From: Pseudomonadota bacterium
GTDB taxonomy: Bacteria > Pseudomonadota > Gammaproteobacteria > UBA1113
Direction of reading: 5' to 3'
NCBI GenBank assembly: GCA_021781965.1
Contig: JAJXVU010000006.1
Location: 24,948 to 88,947 of the forward strand
DNA length: 64,000 nucleotides
Shown: one piece after another, positions 20,050 to 30,007 of the stretch
Layout: every line of letters starts with the position of its first letter
Position numbering within the stretch: position 1 is the first letter of the stretch
Notes under the pieces: model-generated
What the model was told of the DNA's origin: nothing
The model's database searches: none
What the model saw: only the letters and a program-made list of their open reading frames with translations
Program-made: the position numbers and the translations under genes

Positions 20050-21279
20050 ATGAACGCTACACAACTCCCTCCAGACTCAGAAAATCCAATAGTCATGACG
20101 CGCGGCTTAACCTTTTTGCTGGCCCTGGCATGCGGTGCGATTGTGGCCAATCTCTACTATGCTCAAACCTTGATCACCTCAATTGGCAGCGATTTGCACT
20201 TAAATTTAAAACTAAGTGGCTTTATAGTCACCTTGACTCAATTGGGCTATGGTGCTGGACTGCTGTTTATTGCCCCCTTGTCCGATTTGGTTGAAAATAG
20301 ACGCCTTATTATTGTGTTGCTGGCCTTAACTTTTTTATCGCTCTTGGGCATTATATTTTCACAGACTAGCTTTATCCTATTAATATTTTGTTTTCTGCTA
20401 GGCGTAACCTCTGCTTCGGCTCAAGTCATCATTCCCTTTGTGGCACACATAACTCCCCTAGAAAAGCGTGGCCAAGTTGTAGGCACTGTCATGAGTGGGC
20501 TTTTACTGGGAATCATGCTATCACGCCCCATGGCCAGTCTGTTCACCCATTTTTTCTCATGGCAAGCGATTTTTATATTTTCAGCTGTATTTATGTTGTT
20601 GCTGATTTTTTTATTGCATCATTTTTTCCCTACCCGAAAGCCACAACACAATCTATCTTATGCTAAATTGCTCGCTTCTTTTCCGTTAATTTTTAAGTCA
20701 TATCCGATGTTACGCAGACGTGCCATTTATCAAGCTTCATTATTTTGTGTTTTCAATTTATTTTGGACTTCGATTGCGGTACTGTTGATGGGACCCTTTT
20801 TCAATTACTCTCAAGAAACCGTAGCCTTATTCGCCTTCGCAGGTGCAACCGGTGCCTTGATGGCGCCTATTGCCGGTCGCCTTGCCGACAAAGGTTATAC
20901 CCAAATCGCTACTGGTGTAGCCATTATTTTGGTTGGACTGGCGTGTATCATCGCAAGATGGCATGACGGACATTCTATGACCGCATTGGTAATCTCAGCT
21001 TTGGTCTTAGACATAGGCGTCGCTTCTAATTTGATTTTGGGGCAAAGAAGCATCTATGCCCTAGCCCCAGAAATCCGCGGCCGTTTAAATGGCTTGTATG
21101 TGGCCATATTCTTTGTAGGCAGCGGTATAGGCTCTGCCTTATCGGCTTATCTCTATACATTGGGAGGCTGGAAGTTTATTACTTATGCAGGTTTCGTCGT
21201 GTCGTTGTTGGTGTTTTGCTATTTTTTGATGGAATGTAGGCAAACGAAAAAAAAGAGCGACTCTGCAACAAACGCATAA
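20050..21279 (+). CDS. MFS transporter
   Basis: 409 aa with about 12 TM segments. MFS-like loop LSDLVENRR. The start may be a downstream Met. Confidence 0.8.
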   Translation: MNATQLPPDSENPIVMTRGLTFLLALACGAIVANLYYAQTLITSIGSDLHLNLKLSGFIVTLTQLGYGAGLLFIAPLSDLVENRRLIIVLLALTFLSLLGIIFSQTSFILLIFCFLLGVTSASAQVIIPFVAHITPLEKRGQVVGTVMSGLLLGIMLSRPMASLFTHFFSWQAIFIFSAVFMLLLIFLLHHFFPTRKPQHNLSYAKLLASFPLIFKSYPMLRRRAIYQASLFCVFNLFWTSIAVLLMGPFFNYSQETVALFAFAGATGALMAPIAGRLADKGYTQIATGVAIILVGLACIIARWHDGHSMTALVISALVLDIGVASNLILGQRSIYALAPEIRGRLNGLYVAIFFVGSGIGSALSAYLYTLGGWKFITYAGFVVSLLVFCYFLMECRQTKKKSDSATNA

Positions 21280-21281
21280 CA

Positions 21282-21308
21282 GCCATTCCCTTGGTGGCCG
21301 GGAATGGC
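21282..21308. terminator. Hairpin GCCATTCCC-(9 nt)-GGGAATGGC between convergent genes
   Basis: 9-bp perfect stem 3 nt after the MFS stop and 29 nt from the kinase gene stop. Confidence 0.45.
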
Positions 21309-21336
21309 CTATTGCGAAAGTTTATAACAATACTAT

Positions 21337-23769
21337 TTATTGAAAATTAGGACTCACATTACATCCTATTACCTTCGGCTGCAGCTGTGCTGTCTCATAT
21401 TTAACTTTTTTGGATGTGGGCAAACATGGTTCTGACCAAAACTGAACTCGTCCAACTTCACGTTTGCGCTTTTTATCTTGTACCGGACTCAAAGCTCTGT
21501 TTACTGAATCTGGAGATTTATTTTCCAACTCCATAGCTTGGCTTTCTAGCTCCACAGCTTGACTTGTTAACCCCCTAGCTTGACTCTCAAACTTCCTGGC
21601 TCTATTCTTCTGCTCGCTAGCTTGAGATTCCAACTCCCTAGCTTCAATTTGCTTATCCCGAACCTCGTTCATCCAACCATTAACTTCTTTTTTGTACTCC
21701 GAGACTTTTTCTTGGAGTAAATTCAAAGATTCTTGTCGGGAATCTAAGTTCCTCTTGACAAGATCTAGTTCGTTCTTTCTATCTTCAATTATTTTCTTTT
21801 CAGTGTCCGCTGATTTACTGATAGAATATAGGATTTTTTTTGCTACATCCACGGCTGCTTTTGCTGAATTTACCTCTTTTCTTGCTGAATTTAAATTAAC
21901 ACCTACATTATTCAAAGAAATAATTAACGAGCCCAATAATTCTTTTACAGAAGATAGGTAGGTGTTTTCCATGAGAAATTCTCTGGTTACCTCATTCAAA
22001 TCTGCGCTTACATCATCCAAACTTTCCTCTACATCATCAAGATTTTCTTCTCCATCGTCCAAAACTCCTATTACCCACTTTAAAGATCCTGTTACCCACT
22101 TTAAAGATTCTCCTACAAGATATAAATCCTTTTTTACATCGTAAAAATCACGGTCTAATTTTTCAGCATCTACTTCTGCGATCTTCAAGCACAAATCCAC
22201 ACACCTCAAGGTATCTTTTTCAAATTTCAGAACTTTATCTGCAAAAGCCACGGAAATTTCGTAACGTAATTGTTCTATCTGTACATCGTCCAAATCGTAG
22301 CCTACTTTTTTAGCCTCTACTTCCGAGCGCGTCAAAAACAAATCCACGTACTTCAAGGTATCTTTTTCAAATTTCAGAACTCTATTTGCAAAAGACAAGG
22401 TGATTTCATAGCGCAACCACTCTAAGTGGTGGTGTAATGATTCAAAAATGTTTTTTGCAAAAGATACAGATTTTTCCAGCAGATCTTTGCTTGCCATCCC
22501 TTTCAATTCGCTTTTTTCTAAATCTCTAAAATAACTGTCAATCTTTTTCGACACCTCGTCAAATCCCGCATAAAACCCAAAGATTGTTAGTGGGTAGTGA
22601 GCTATAAAGTATTCCTCAACTTGTGTATTAAATCCTTCTGGCAAGCTTAAGCTCATATCTCGATTATTATAATTTCCATGTATCAAATACGAACATGTTT
22701 TAACTAAATTCGATACCGCACACAGAATCTGATAGGGTCCTTTTTTCAAAAGATGGAACTTCTGATAGGCTGGTTGCTCCGGATCCCAAATAAATAGGGG
22801 CAAATCTTCCCTTGTCATTGAAAGGGCTCTGTCGAGTTTTTCATACGGAGATATAATACCATCAAAATCAATTAAAAAAGCTTCTGATTGGTTAACGCAT
22901 ACGTTGTCTAGCTTTAAATCGCAATGAACTAGCTTATCCTTCAAAAGCAAAATTTTAACTTTATCAATTAGTGACTCGGCAATCTCAATTCGTTTATCCA
23001 CAGAATATTTATTATCATTAACAACGTCAATAAGGCTATCGCCTAAATTAGGCATTAAAAACCCATACTGATTTTGAGATTCGCTTTCTCTAATACGAAA
23101 TAATTTCTTTGTTCCTGTATGAAAAAAATGCGCGTTAAAAACCTCTACTGTAAAGTCTTCTTCTGTAAAACCTGCTTCGTTTTGCCCTTTTTCTTTTTCA
23201 TGTTGCCTAAATAGCATTAACACATACTTATTATGTTTATCTTTATAAGCAGCGGGTCCGCCTTTTTTAATTGACATCCACCAATCTACTTTATATACTT
23301 CTTTCAATCCGCCAAGGATTTTTTCAGGCCCAACACAAACAATCCAAGTATTACCTTTATTACTTTCTATCTTAAAAAGAGACCCTCCACTAAAAGATAT
23401 AGAATAATTCCCCATGGGGCAATTTTCTTTTTCATTTATCTTGGCGCCTGTGAAAACTGTTCTATGCGGATCGATCGTATTGTCATTATCATCACTACTA
23501 GACCTTACCTGTTCATCGCTACTAAGTGCTAATGATTCACCACTAGAACTCATCTTTTCCTGCTCTGGGCTAAGAGGAAGCGTGTCTAATTCGCTACTAG
23601 AAATTGATTCCTCTAATTTGTCCTTGCTCAAGCCTTCAGCAGCATTCCCCTCTATATCAATGCCGAACCTGCCTAAAAAAAGCTGTCTCAACGCATCGTA
23701 ATGTTCCGCGGGTTCTTTAGTTTCAATAATGCGCCCCACTTCCTCGACCGAAATGTCTATCGTCTTCAT
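21337..23769 (-). CDS. Eukaryotic-type protein kinase domain protein with long repeat-rich coiled-coil C-terminus; candidate effector
   Basis: Catalytic loop HCDLKLDN (aa 282-289, nt ~22903..22926) followed by LIDFDG (DFG equivalent). The N-terminal region is acidic and Ser-rich. The C-terminal half has internal repeats and a KKRKRE basic cluster. Confidence 0.75.
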   Translation of the reverse strand: MKTIDISVEEVGRIIETKEPAEHYDALRQLFLGRFGIDIEGNAAEGLSKDKLEESISSSELDTLPLSPEQEKMSSSGESLALSSDEQVRSSSDDNDNTIDPHRTVFTGAKINEKENCPMGNYSISFSGGSLFKIESNKGNTWIVCVGPEKILGGLKEVYKVDWWMSIKKGGPAAYKDKHNKYVLMLFRQHEKEKGQNEAGFTEEDFTVEVFNAHFFHTGTKKLFRIRESESQNQYGFLMPNLGDSLIDVVNDNKYSVDKRIEIAESLIDKVKILLLKDKLVHCDLKLDNVCVNQSEAFLIDFDGIISPYEKLDRALSMTREDLPLFIWDPEQPAYQKFHLLKKGPYQILCAVSNLVKTCSYLIHGNYNNRDMSLSLPEGFNTQVEEYFIAHYPLTIFGFYAGFDEVSKKIDSYFRDLEKSELKGMASKDLLEKSVSFAKNIFESLHHHLEWLRYEITLSFANRVLKFEKDTLKYVDLFLTRSEVEAKKVGYDLDDVQIEQLRYEISVAFADKVLKFEKDTLRCVDLCLKIAEVDAEKLDRDFYDVKKDLYLVGESLKWVTGSLKWVIGVLDDGEENLDDVEESLDDVSADLNEVTREFLMENTYLSSVKELLGSLIISLNNVGVNLNSARKEVNSAKAAVDVAKKILYSISKSADTEKKIIEDRKNELDLVKRNLDSRQESLNLLQEKVSEYKKEVNGWMNEVRDKQIEARELESQASEQKNRARKFESQARGLTSQAVELESQAMELENKSPDSVNRALSPVQDKKRKREVGRVQFWSEPCLPTSKKVKYETAQLQPKVIGCNVSPNFQ
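22150..22443 (-). repeat. Two tandem 147-bp (49-aa) repeats inside the kinase gene
   Basis: GGTATCTTTTTCAAATTTCAGAAC recurs at 22210 and 22357. Peptides: LRYEITLSFANRVLKFEKDTLKYVDL... and LRYEISVAFADKVLKFEKDTLRCVDL... Confidence 0.9.
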
Positions 23770-24013
23770 ATTGTTTTACCTTCTGTATTCTTGCCCTAAA
23801 TGAGCATTTTTATTAAATAATTGTATGCTACTTTATCTAGCTTTTAAGCCATATGGGCAGCGGGTAAATTGTATCCAATTATAAGAGCTTAATCAACTGC
23901 CCGGTCGGAATAATATTTGTCATAATTTGTTGTAAAAATATACCTTTTGTGGGTGATGTTTCCGTATAATAAAAAATCAATGCCTGATTTTCGGCTATGG
24001 ACATTTAAGCTTT

Positions 24014-24022
24014 TGTTATAAT
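24014..24022 (+). promoter_or_regulatory. Extended -10 element TGTTATAAT upstream of ada
   Basis: TGnTATAAT lies 43 nt upstream of the ada ATG, and an AGGAG Shine-Dalgarno is at 24055. There is no good -35. Motif match only. Confidence 0.3.
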
Positions 24023-24064
24023 TGCTAACAAATTAATACTTAAAGCGTATTTTTAGGAGCAAAC

Positions 24065-25108
24065 ATGATACCGCTAGAGTTAAAAAATAAGTATTATCAG
24101 GCACTTTTGAATAAAGATACTGAATATGAGGGTCTCTTTTATGTGGGTGTGAAAACAACCGGTGTATTTTGTAGACCCACTTGTACTGCAAGGAAGCCTA
24201 AGATTGAGAATTGTGAATTTTTTGAAACCGCAGAGCAAGCACTCTTAGCTTCATTTCGACCCTGTAAGCGATGTCGACCACTATCCCATCCGGCTGAAAT
24301 TTCCGAGTTAGTGAGTACACTCGTGGATGCCATTGAAGCAAATCCTGAAAAAAGATGGAAGGATGCAGATTTTAGAGCTTTATCGATTGATGCTTCAACG
24401 GTGCGTCGTCAATTTAAAAAGCGCTTTGGCATGACGTTTGTTGCCTATGCACGTGCAAGACGCATGGGTTTAGCAATGGGTCAAATTAGAGCCGGCAATG
24501 CGGTCATTGACGCTCAGCTTGCAGTGGGATATGACTCCAGCAGCGGCTTTAGAGATGCCTTTTCAAAGATCATGGGGACAGCACCTACTCGTGCCACAGA
24601 GGATACTATTTTAAAAGCGGCTTGGTTAGACACTAGGCTTGGTCCAATGATCGCGATTGCAAATGAATCTGGTCTTCTACTATTAGAGTTTGTGGATCGC
24701 AGAGGACTGGAACGCGAAGTAGAACGCCTTAGAAATAAAACTAAATCGGGAATTATTCCTGGCAGAACAAAACCAATTGATTTAATAGAAAAAGAACTTG
24801 AACAATATTTTCAATGTGGTCAAAAAAAATTTAATACGCCTATTGTTATGCTAGGCTCGGACTTTCAAAAAAGTGTTTGGCATGAATTAATAAAGATTCC
24901 ACCTGGTGAAACCAGATCGTATGCTGATATTGCAAAAGCTATCAAACAGCCCTCGGCATGTAGAGCTGTGGCACGCGCCAATGGTGCTAATCAACTCGCT
25001 GTTATTATTCCATGTCATCGAGTTATTAATTCTGATGGGGAACTAGGTGGCTATGGCGGTGGACTTACTCGCAAAGCATGGTTAATTAATCACGGAAAAA
25101 TAGGATGA
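24065..25108 (+). CDS. ada: Ada: methylphosphotriester-DNA methyltransferase / AraC-type regulator / O6-methylguanine-DNA methyltransferase
   Basis: N-terminal Zn-Cys cluster (CRPTCTARKP...PCKRC), a central AraC-type HTH, and a C-terminal MGMT active site IIPCHRV. Confidence 0.9.
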   Translation: MIPLELKNKYYQALLNKDTEYEGLFYVGVKTTGVFCRPTCTARKPKIENCEFFETAEQALLASFRPCKRCRPLSHPAEISELVSTLVDAIEANPEKRWKDADFRALSIDASTVRRQFKKRFGMTFVAYARARRMGLAMGQIRAGNAVIDAQLAVGYDSSSGFRDAFSKIMGTAPTRATEDTILKAAWLDTRLGPMIAIANESGLLLLEFVDRRGLEREVERLRNKTKSGIIPGRTKPIDLIEKELEQYFQCGQKKFNTPIVMLGSDFQKSVWHELIKIPPGETRSYADIAKAIKQPSACRAVARANGANQLAVIIPCHRVINSDGELGGYGGGLTRKAWLINHGKIG

Positions 25109-25124
25109 AAGATGAAAAAATAAA

Positions 25125-25664
25125 TTGAGTACAATCATTTATTTAGAAACCTACATGTCAAGGGAGACCCTCTCATTCTTTTCAACATTTGGGATGTTGC
25201 CAGTGCTAATTGACATAGGTATTGTGGGCATTAACTTTGAAGATCAAATCATTGGAAAAAATAGTCTCTATTCAATAGAGAAGCAATGTACTCGAATTGC
25301 TGCAATTCGAAAAGCCGCAACAGAAAAATCAATGCCCTTATTCATAAATGCACGTACAGATATTTTTTTGCAAACCGATCCATCGAATCATACCAAAATC
25401 CATTTGGAAGAAGCATTAGCAAGAGCAATAGCTTATGCTGACGCTGGAGCAGATGGTTTTTTTGTTCCGGGGTTACGTAATATGGACTATATTACTACAT
25501 TATGTACTCTATCCCCTATTCCGATTAATATCCTGATGAATTCAGAAGATTTATCCGTAAAAAGGCTTAAAGATGCGGGTGTTGCTCGCATAAGTTATGG
25601 AGAAAGTCCATTCTTGCACGTTATGAAGACATTAAAAGAAAACACTTTTTCAGCTTTGCTTTAA
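25125..25664 (+). pseudogene. Truncated isocitrate lyase/PEP mutase family gene (C-terminal ~150 codons)
   Basis: It retains ...LPVLIDIG-IVGINFEDQ...NARTD...YADAGADGFFVPG. It lacks the ~75-aa N-terminal barrel strands and part of the segment between the DxE/G and EDQ motifs. The ORF opens on TTG with no ribosome-binding site. Confidence 0.6.
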
Positions 25665-25710
25665 GATACGGCCAACTCACGAGCGGCAAAACTTAGCTTA
25701 GCTCTCTTTT

Positions 25711-26388
25711 TCAAGAAAGTGGTTTTAAACTTTCGAGCTGTGTTAACCATTGGTTAAAATGAGAACATTTTTTGCGCATTGCGGCTAAACCGATCTGTTT
25801 TGCGATATTGATTCCGTGAATTCTTTTGCTATAGCCACTAAATTTATTAGTTATTCGTTTAGAAGGCGCCGTTTCCCCGCCATCATTAATTGCTTCTGGA
25901 TCAGGATACTGCTTTACTATGTCTTGGATATGGTCAACAGCAGAAGTAGAGAATGCTCTCCAAGCACAAGGTTCACTGAATAAAAGAGTTTCAAACTCAT
26001 GCATTTGTATATGAGGAATAAAACGCTCTTGTGCTATCTTTTGGGCGGTTGCATCTTCCAAAATTTTAGCTTTCGCTTCTGGCTGTAACTGTGTTTTGCT
26101 TTGTTTTAGCGCGTTAATTTTGTCCATTCCAGGCCATTGGCTATCAATGCGGAAAAAATCAAACATAGTTGAAATATAGCAGCTTTTTTGCACTAGTGCC
26201 AAATCCCTTTTTAATTTTTCAAACTTAACATTGCCGCCTATTTTCCCTAATGTGCTGGCTGTAAGATAAATTTCTTTGTGTGCAAATTCCGGTTGTAAAA
26301 TTTTTCGAACAAAATCTTGTTCAGTTTGTCCTTCTACAATTAAATGGATATAAACAGCCGCCTCACTCATTACTAGGCATTCCTTCAA
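25711..26388 (-). CDS. DUF4276-like protein (possible Toprim-like nuclease partner of the upstream ATPase)
   Basis: The N-terminal hLIVEGQTEQDFV motif and ~220-aa length match my recollection of the DUF4276 family. The likely start is MSEAAV at 26370, which overlaps the ATPase stop by 8 nt. Confidence 0.6.
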   Translation of the reverse strand: MKECLVMSEAAVYIHLIVEGQTEQDFVRKILQPEFAHKEIYLTASTLGKIGGNVKFEKLKRDLALVQKSCYISTMFDFFRIDSQWPGMDKINALKQSKTQLQPEAKAKILEDATAQKIAQERFIPHIQMHEFETLLFSEPCAWRAFSTSAVDHIQDIVKQYPDPEAINDGGETAPSKRITNKFSGYSKRIHGINIAKQIGLAAMRKKCSHFNQWLTQLESLKPLS

Positions 26389-27472
26389 TCAAATTTTTAC
26401 ACCAAATCTCTCCTAAAGAATACTCTTCCAACCACGCAGATAAGTCTATCTTATCTAATCGCGTAAAAGTAGATGCTCCATCCTTACGATCCACGATTAT
26501 AACATCTTTTGGCTCAAAATGGCTCAACAATGTGGGTGATTGCGTGGAAATAATAATTCTGGAAAGATTAGTTCTACGTGAGGCTAATTTAATTAGCTCA
26601 GACAACACCTCAATAGCATAAGGATGTAAACCCAGCTCAGGTTCATCTATGACTAAACAACTTGGCAGTTCAGGTTGTAACAATGCTGCAGCCAGGCAAA
26701 TAAAACGCAAGGTTCCATCAGACAATTGGTATGGTGCAAATGGATAATCTGAACCCTTTTGACTCCAATTTAATTTAACTACTGTCGCTGGACCTCTTTG
26801 TTCCGGTATTAAATCAAAATCGTTAAAAAAAGGTGCTACTAGTTGAATTACTTCAACTATCTTTTTATAATAGTCTGGTTTGTTATTCTTTAAATTTAGT
26901 AAAAATGGGGCGATATTTCTGGCATCATTTCTCAAATATTTGTAATCATCCACACTTTCTGAAAGACGCATTCCAGAAAACATACTAGTATCATGAAAAT
27001 GGTATGCTATCCATTTAGAAATAGCATCATAAATATAATGGCCTATCCCATGCTTACCAATAATTCCTAATTCTTCTTTGTTTTTTTTAAGGCTGCTTTC
27101 ATATTGATCACCCCCTTTTTTTTGCCAATTCGATGATTTTATATAGCGCTGCTCTTCACTTTTAATTAATAGCTTTTCATCAGCCGTCATAGCCAGCGTG
27201 AAACGATATTGATTATCACCAAACATAAAATGCATTTTTATTTCGGGAGTTATTTTAGGTCCGTTAAAGAAAAAAGAGCTGGGGCCACCCGATTTCATAA
27301 TATAGTCTTGTAAGTTCTCATCCATCATCTTGCGCAACAAATGAAATAGGCTCACAAAATTACTTTTCCCTGCGCCATTAGCACCAATCAGCACATTCAA
27401 GCTTTTAATTTCAAAGTCTATTAATTGTGAAATGGACTTAAAGCCTTCTATGCTCAATTTTTCTAATGTCAT
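26363..27472 (-). CDS. ABC/SMC-type AAA ATPase (AAA_21-like)
   Basis: Walker A GANGAGKSN, signature-like LSDGTLRF, Walker B LVIDEPELGLHP, and STQSP in place of the H-loop. There are no TM or DNA-binding domains. Confidence 0.8.
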   Translation of the reverse strand: MTLEKLSIEGFKSISQLIDFEIKSLNVLIGANGAGKSNFVSLFHLLRKMMDENLQDYIMKSGGPSSFFFNGPKITPEIKMHFMFGDNQYRFTLAMTADEKLLIKSEEQRYIKSSNWQKKGGDQYESSLKKNKEELGIIGKHGIGHYIYDAISKWIAYHFHDTSMFSGMRLSESVDDYKYLRNDARNIAPFLLNLKNNKPDYYKKIVEVIQLVAPFFNDFDLIPEQRGPATVVKLNWSQKGSDYPFAPYQLSDGTLRFICLAAALLQPELPSCLVIDEPELGLHPYAIEVLSELIKLASRRTNLSRIIISTQSPTLLSHFEPKDVIIVDRKDGASTFTRLDKIDLSAWLEEYSLGEIWCKNLIEGMPSNE

Positions 27473-27527
27473 TTTTACCTACTTCGTTTTGTGACTAAGT
27501 TTCGTTACATGTATAAAAATTTTCCTG

Positions 27528-27585
27528 GATTGCCACGCTTGCTCGCTGCACTCGCGGCTCGCAATGACGAGCTAGAGCCATAAGA
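27528..27585 (+). repeat. REP family 2 copy (…TTGCCACGC-TTGCTCGCTGCACTCGCGGCTCGCAATGACGAGC…)
   Basis: ~55-bp match to 39516..39585, in the intergenic region between the ATPase gene and ftsK. Confidence 0.7.
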
Positions 27586-27646
27586 ATAATATCCCGCATT
27601 GTATATCCATTCTAGTCCGTCAAAGACAAAATATCAAGATAAGAAT

Positions 27647-30007
27647 TCATTCCACCGAACTGCGCACCAACACCTCACGGCCACCGTTAGAGCCGGGTCT
27701 GCTGACCACACCGGCAGCTTCCATGTCCTCAACTAGACGGGCGGCGCGATTAAAGCCTATCTTGAAACGTCGTTGTATGGATGAAATTGAAACTCTGCCG
27801 CTATCGATTACTAAGTTGACGATTTCATCATATAAGGGATCGGCTTCTCCCGTAGATTGAGAACTCGCACCACCACCTTCGCCAGCATCGTCATCCGATT
27901 CTAAGACTTCAACCAAGTATTGCGGTTCGCCATAAGCGCGGCGCAACTCGCTCACTACATTGTGCACTTCTTCGTCGGCCACATAAGCACCATGTACCCG
28001 TATAGGCACGCCTGTTCCAGGCGGCAAATACAACATGTCACCATGGCCTAATAATTGCTCCGCGCCTTGTTGATCTAAGACCGTGCGCGAATCAATGCGC
28101 GAAGATACTTGGAAACTCAAACGCGTCGGAATATTGGCCTTAATCAAGCCGGTGATCACATCTACCGACGGTCTTTGCGTCGCTAAAATTAAATGTATCC
28201 CCGCGGCACGCGCTTTTTGCGCTATACGTGCGATAAGCTGCTCTACTTTCTTGCCGACCACCAACATCATGTCGGCAAATTCGTCGACGATCACCACCAC
28301 TGAGGGCAAAGGCGCTAAAGGATCGCGCGAACCATCTGGAAATTCCGGTTGCACCATATTGACTAGAGGTTTACCCTCTTTAATGGCTTCCTTAATCTTT
28401 TGATTGTAACCCGCCAAATTACGCACACCTAAAGATGCCATCAACGCATAGCGCTTATCCATCTCCGTCACACACCATTTCAAGGCATTGGCCGCTTCGC
28501 GCATGTCCGTCACCACCGGCGTTAATAAATGTGGAATGCCCTCATATACCGACAATTCTAACATTTTAGGATCAACCATGATAATGCGCACTTCGTCAGG
28601 TTTGGCTTTATACAATAAACTTAAAATCATCGCGTTTAAGCCCACGGATTTACCAGCACCTGTCGTACCTGCTACCAATAAATGTGGCATCTTGGCTAAA
28701 TCGACAATGATCGGCAAGCCCGCAATATCCTTACCCAAAGCCATACTTAAGGGTGATTTCGATTGTTGATATTGTTTGGATTCTAAAACTTCTCGCAAAC
28801 GCACCGTTTCGCGTATATCATTTGGTAATTCTAAGCCTATAAAGGATTTACCCGGGATCACTTCTACCACCCGTACACTGACGACCGATAAAGCCCGTGC
28901 CAAATCTTTAGAAAGCCCTGTAATTTTACTAACTTTAACCCCGGGGGCTAAACTCATTTCATAACGAGTCACTACCGGTCCTGGATGCACCCCTTCTACC
29001 CGTACTGCGACACCAAAATCCGCTAAATGGCGTTCCACTTCCCGTGATTTTTCTTCCAAAGCCTGGCGGGAAAAGGGCATCACTTGTTTGGATTCGGGCT
29101 GTTCTAATAACTCTAAAGAGGGTAAACCATCCACCAAACCCTTAGCACCCGTTATTTTAGGTGCTTTAGGTGACGGCGTTGCCGCAGGCGCTTTAGGTGC
29201 TTCAATGCGTATAGGCGACGCTTCGACTTTAGCTTCTGCAATTGAGGGTCTTTCAATTTTGATGGGCTTGTTTTTTTGAATAATGGGTTCAGGTTCCTCT
29301 TCCCTTTCCCTGGGCACTCTCATGGCTTGCCAATATTGTGCTAAGCCTAGTCTAAATGCCTTGAACCAAGCGAGCAATTTAATACTGCTGCGATGCAAAA
29401 ATTGCCGCCAAATTAAGCCCGTGAAAAAAGTAACGCCTATAAAGAACAAAGCCAATAAAATGACGCTGGCGCCAAAAGCATTAAAATAAGAAGTTAATAA
29501 ACCCGAAAAAGCACTGCCTAAAATACCGCCTGGAGGGGCAGGAAAATTGGCCGCATGGTGGGTATCCCATAAATTTAATAAGGCACTGCCCGCGGCAACA
29601 ATCAAACAAAAACCCATCCATTTGCTGCTGAGTAGATGCCAATTGGCTTCGCCTGAAATAACTGCTTTATCTTTAATATTGAACCAAGCGGCAGCGGCTA
29701 TCATGGCAGGCAAACAATAAGCCCAATAGCCGACGAAGGAGAATAAGATATCGGACAAATAAGCGCCTACACGCCCACCTGCATTGGCAATATCCGGCCT
29801 GCTGGCTGTGCGCAACCAACCTGGATCGCTGTGATGATAAGTAATGAGTGCTAATAAAACATATAAGGCAAAAGCAACCGTTAATATAAGGACGCCTTCA
29901 CGCAGACGGTGTAGCAATTCTTGAGGTAAAGGAGCTTTAATAGGTTCTTCTTTTTTACGCCCTTCCTTTTTACGTTCTTCTTTTTTACGTCCTTTTTTTG
30001 CAGCCAC
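27647..30007 (-). CDS. ftsK: DNA translocase FtsK
   Basis: 786 aa. N-terminal TM segments, a Pro/Ala-rich linker, the motor Walker A GTTGAGKS, and a gamma domain ...[24 protein letters not shown]. The Lys-rich N-terminal extension is encoded by short tandem repeats at ~29940..30000. Confidence 0.93.
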   Translation of the reverse strand: MAAKKGRKKEERKKEGRKKEEPIKAPLPQELLHRLREGVLILTVAFALYVLLALITYHHSDPGWLRTASRPDIANAGGRVGAYLSDILFSFVGYWAYCLPAMIAAAAWFNIKDKAVISGEANWHLLSSKWMGFCLIVAAGSALLNLWDTHHAANFPAPPGGILGSAFSGLLTSYFNAFGASVILLALFFIGVTFFTGLIWRQFLHRSSIKLLAWFKAFRLGLAQYWQAMRVPREREEEPEPIIQKNKPIKIERPSIAEAKVEASPIRIEAPKAPAATPSPKAPKITGAKGLVDGLPSLELLEQPESKQVMPFSRQALEEKSREVERHLADFGVAVRVEGVHPGPVVTRYEMSLAPGVKVSKITGLSKDLARALSVVSVRVVEVIPGKSFIGLELPNDIRETVRLREVLESKQYQQSKSPLSMALGKDIAGLPIIVDLAKMPHLLVAGTTGAGKSVGLNAMILSLLYKAKPDEVRIIMVDPKMLELSVYEGIPHLLTPVVTDMREAANALKWCVTEMDKRYALMASLGVRNLAGYNQKIKEAIKEGKPLVNMVQPEFPDGSRDPLAPLPSVVVIVDEFADMMLVVGKKVEQLIARIAQKARAAGIHLILATQRPSVDVITGLIKANIPTRLSFQVSSRIDSRTVLDQQGAEQLLGHGDMLYLPPGTGVPIRVHGAYVADEEVHNVVSELRRAYGEPQYLVEVLESDDDAGEGGGASSQSTGEADPLYDEIVNLVIDSGRVSISSIQRRFKIGFNRAARLVEDMEAAGVVSRPGSNGGREVLVRSSVE

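Noticed and set aside
20019-20294. 91-aa ORF overlapping the start of the MFS transporter gene.
   Set aside because: It is an out-of-frame overlap with a 409-aa membrane protein ORF, and its composition is not protein-like.
24042-24049. Ada-box-like AAAGCGTA upstream of ada.
   Set aside because: It lies only 16 nt from the ATG, downstream of the best -10 candidate. An activating Ada box should sit upstream of the -35 region. It is also only a 7/8 match.
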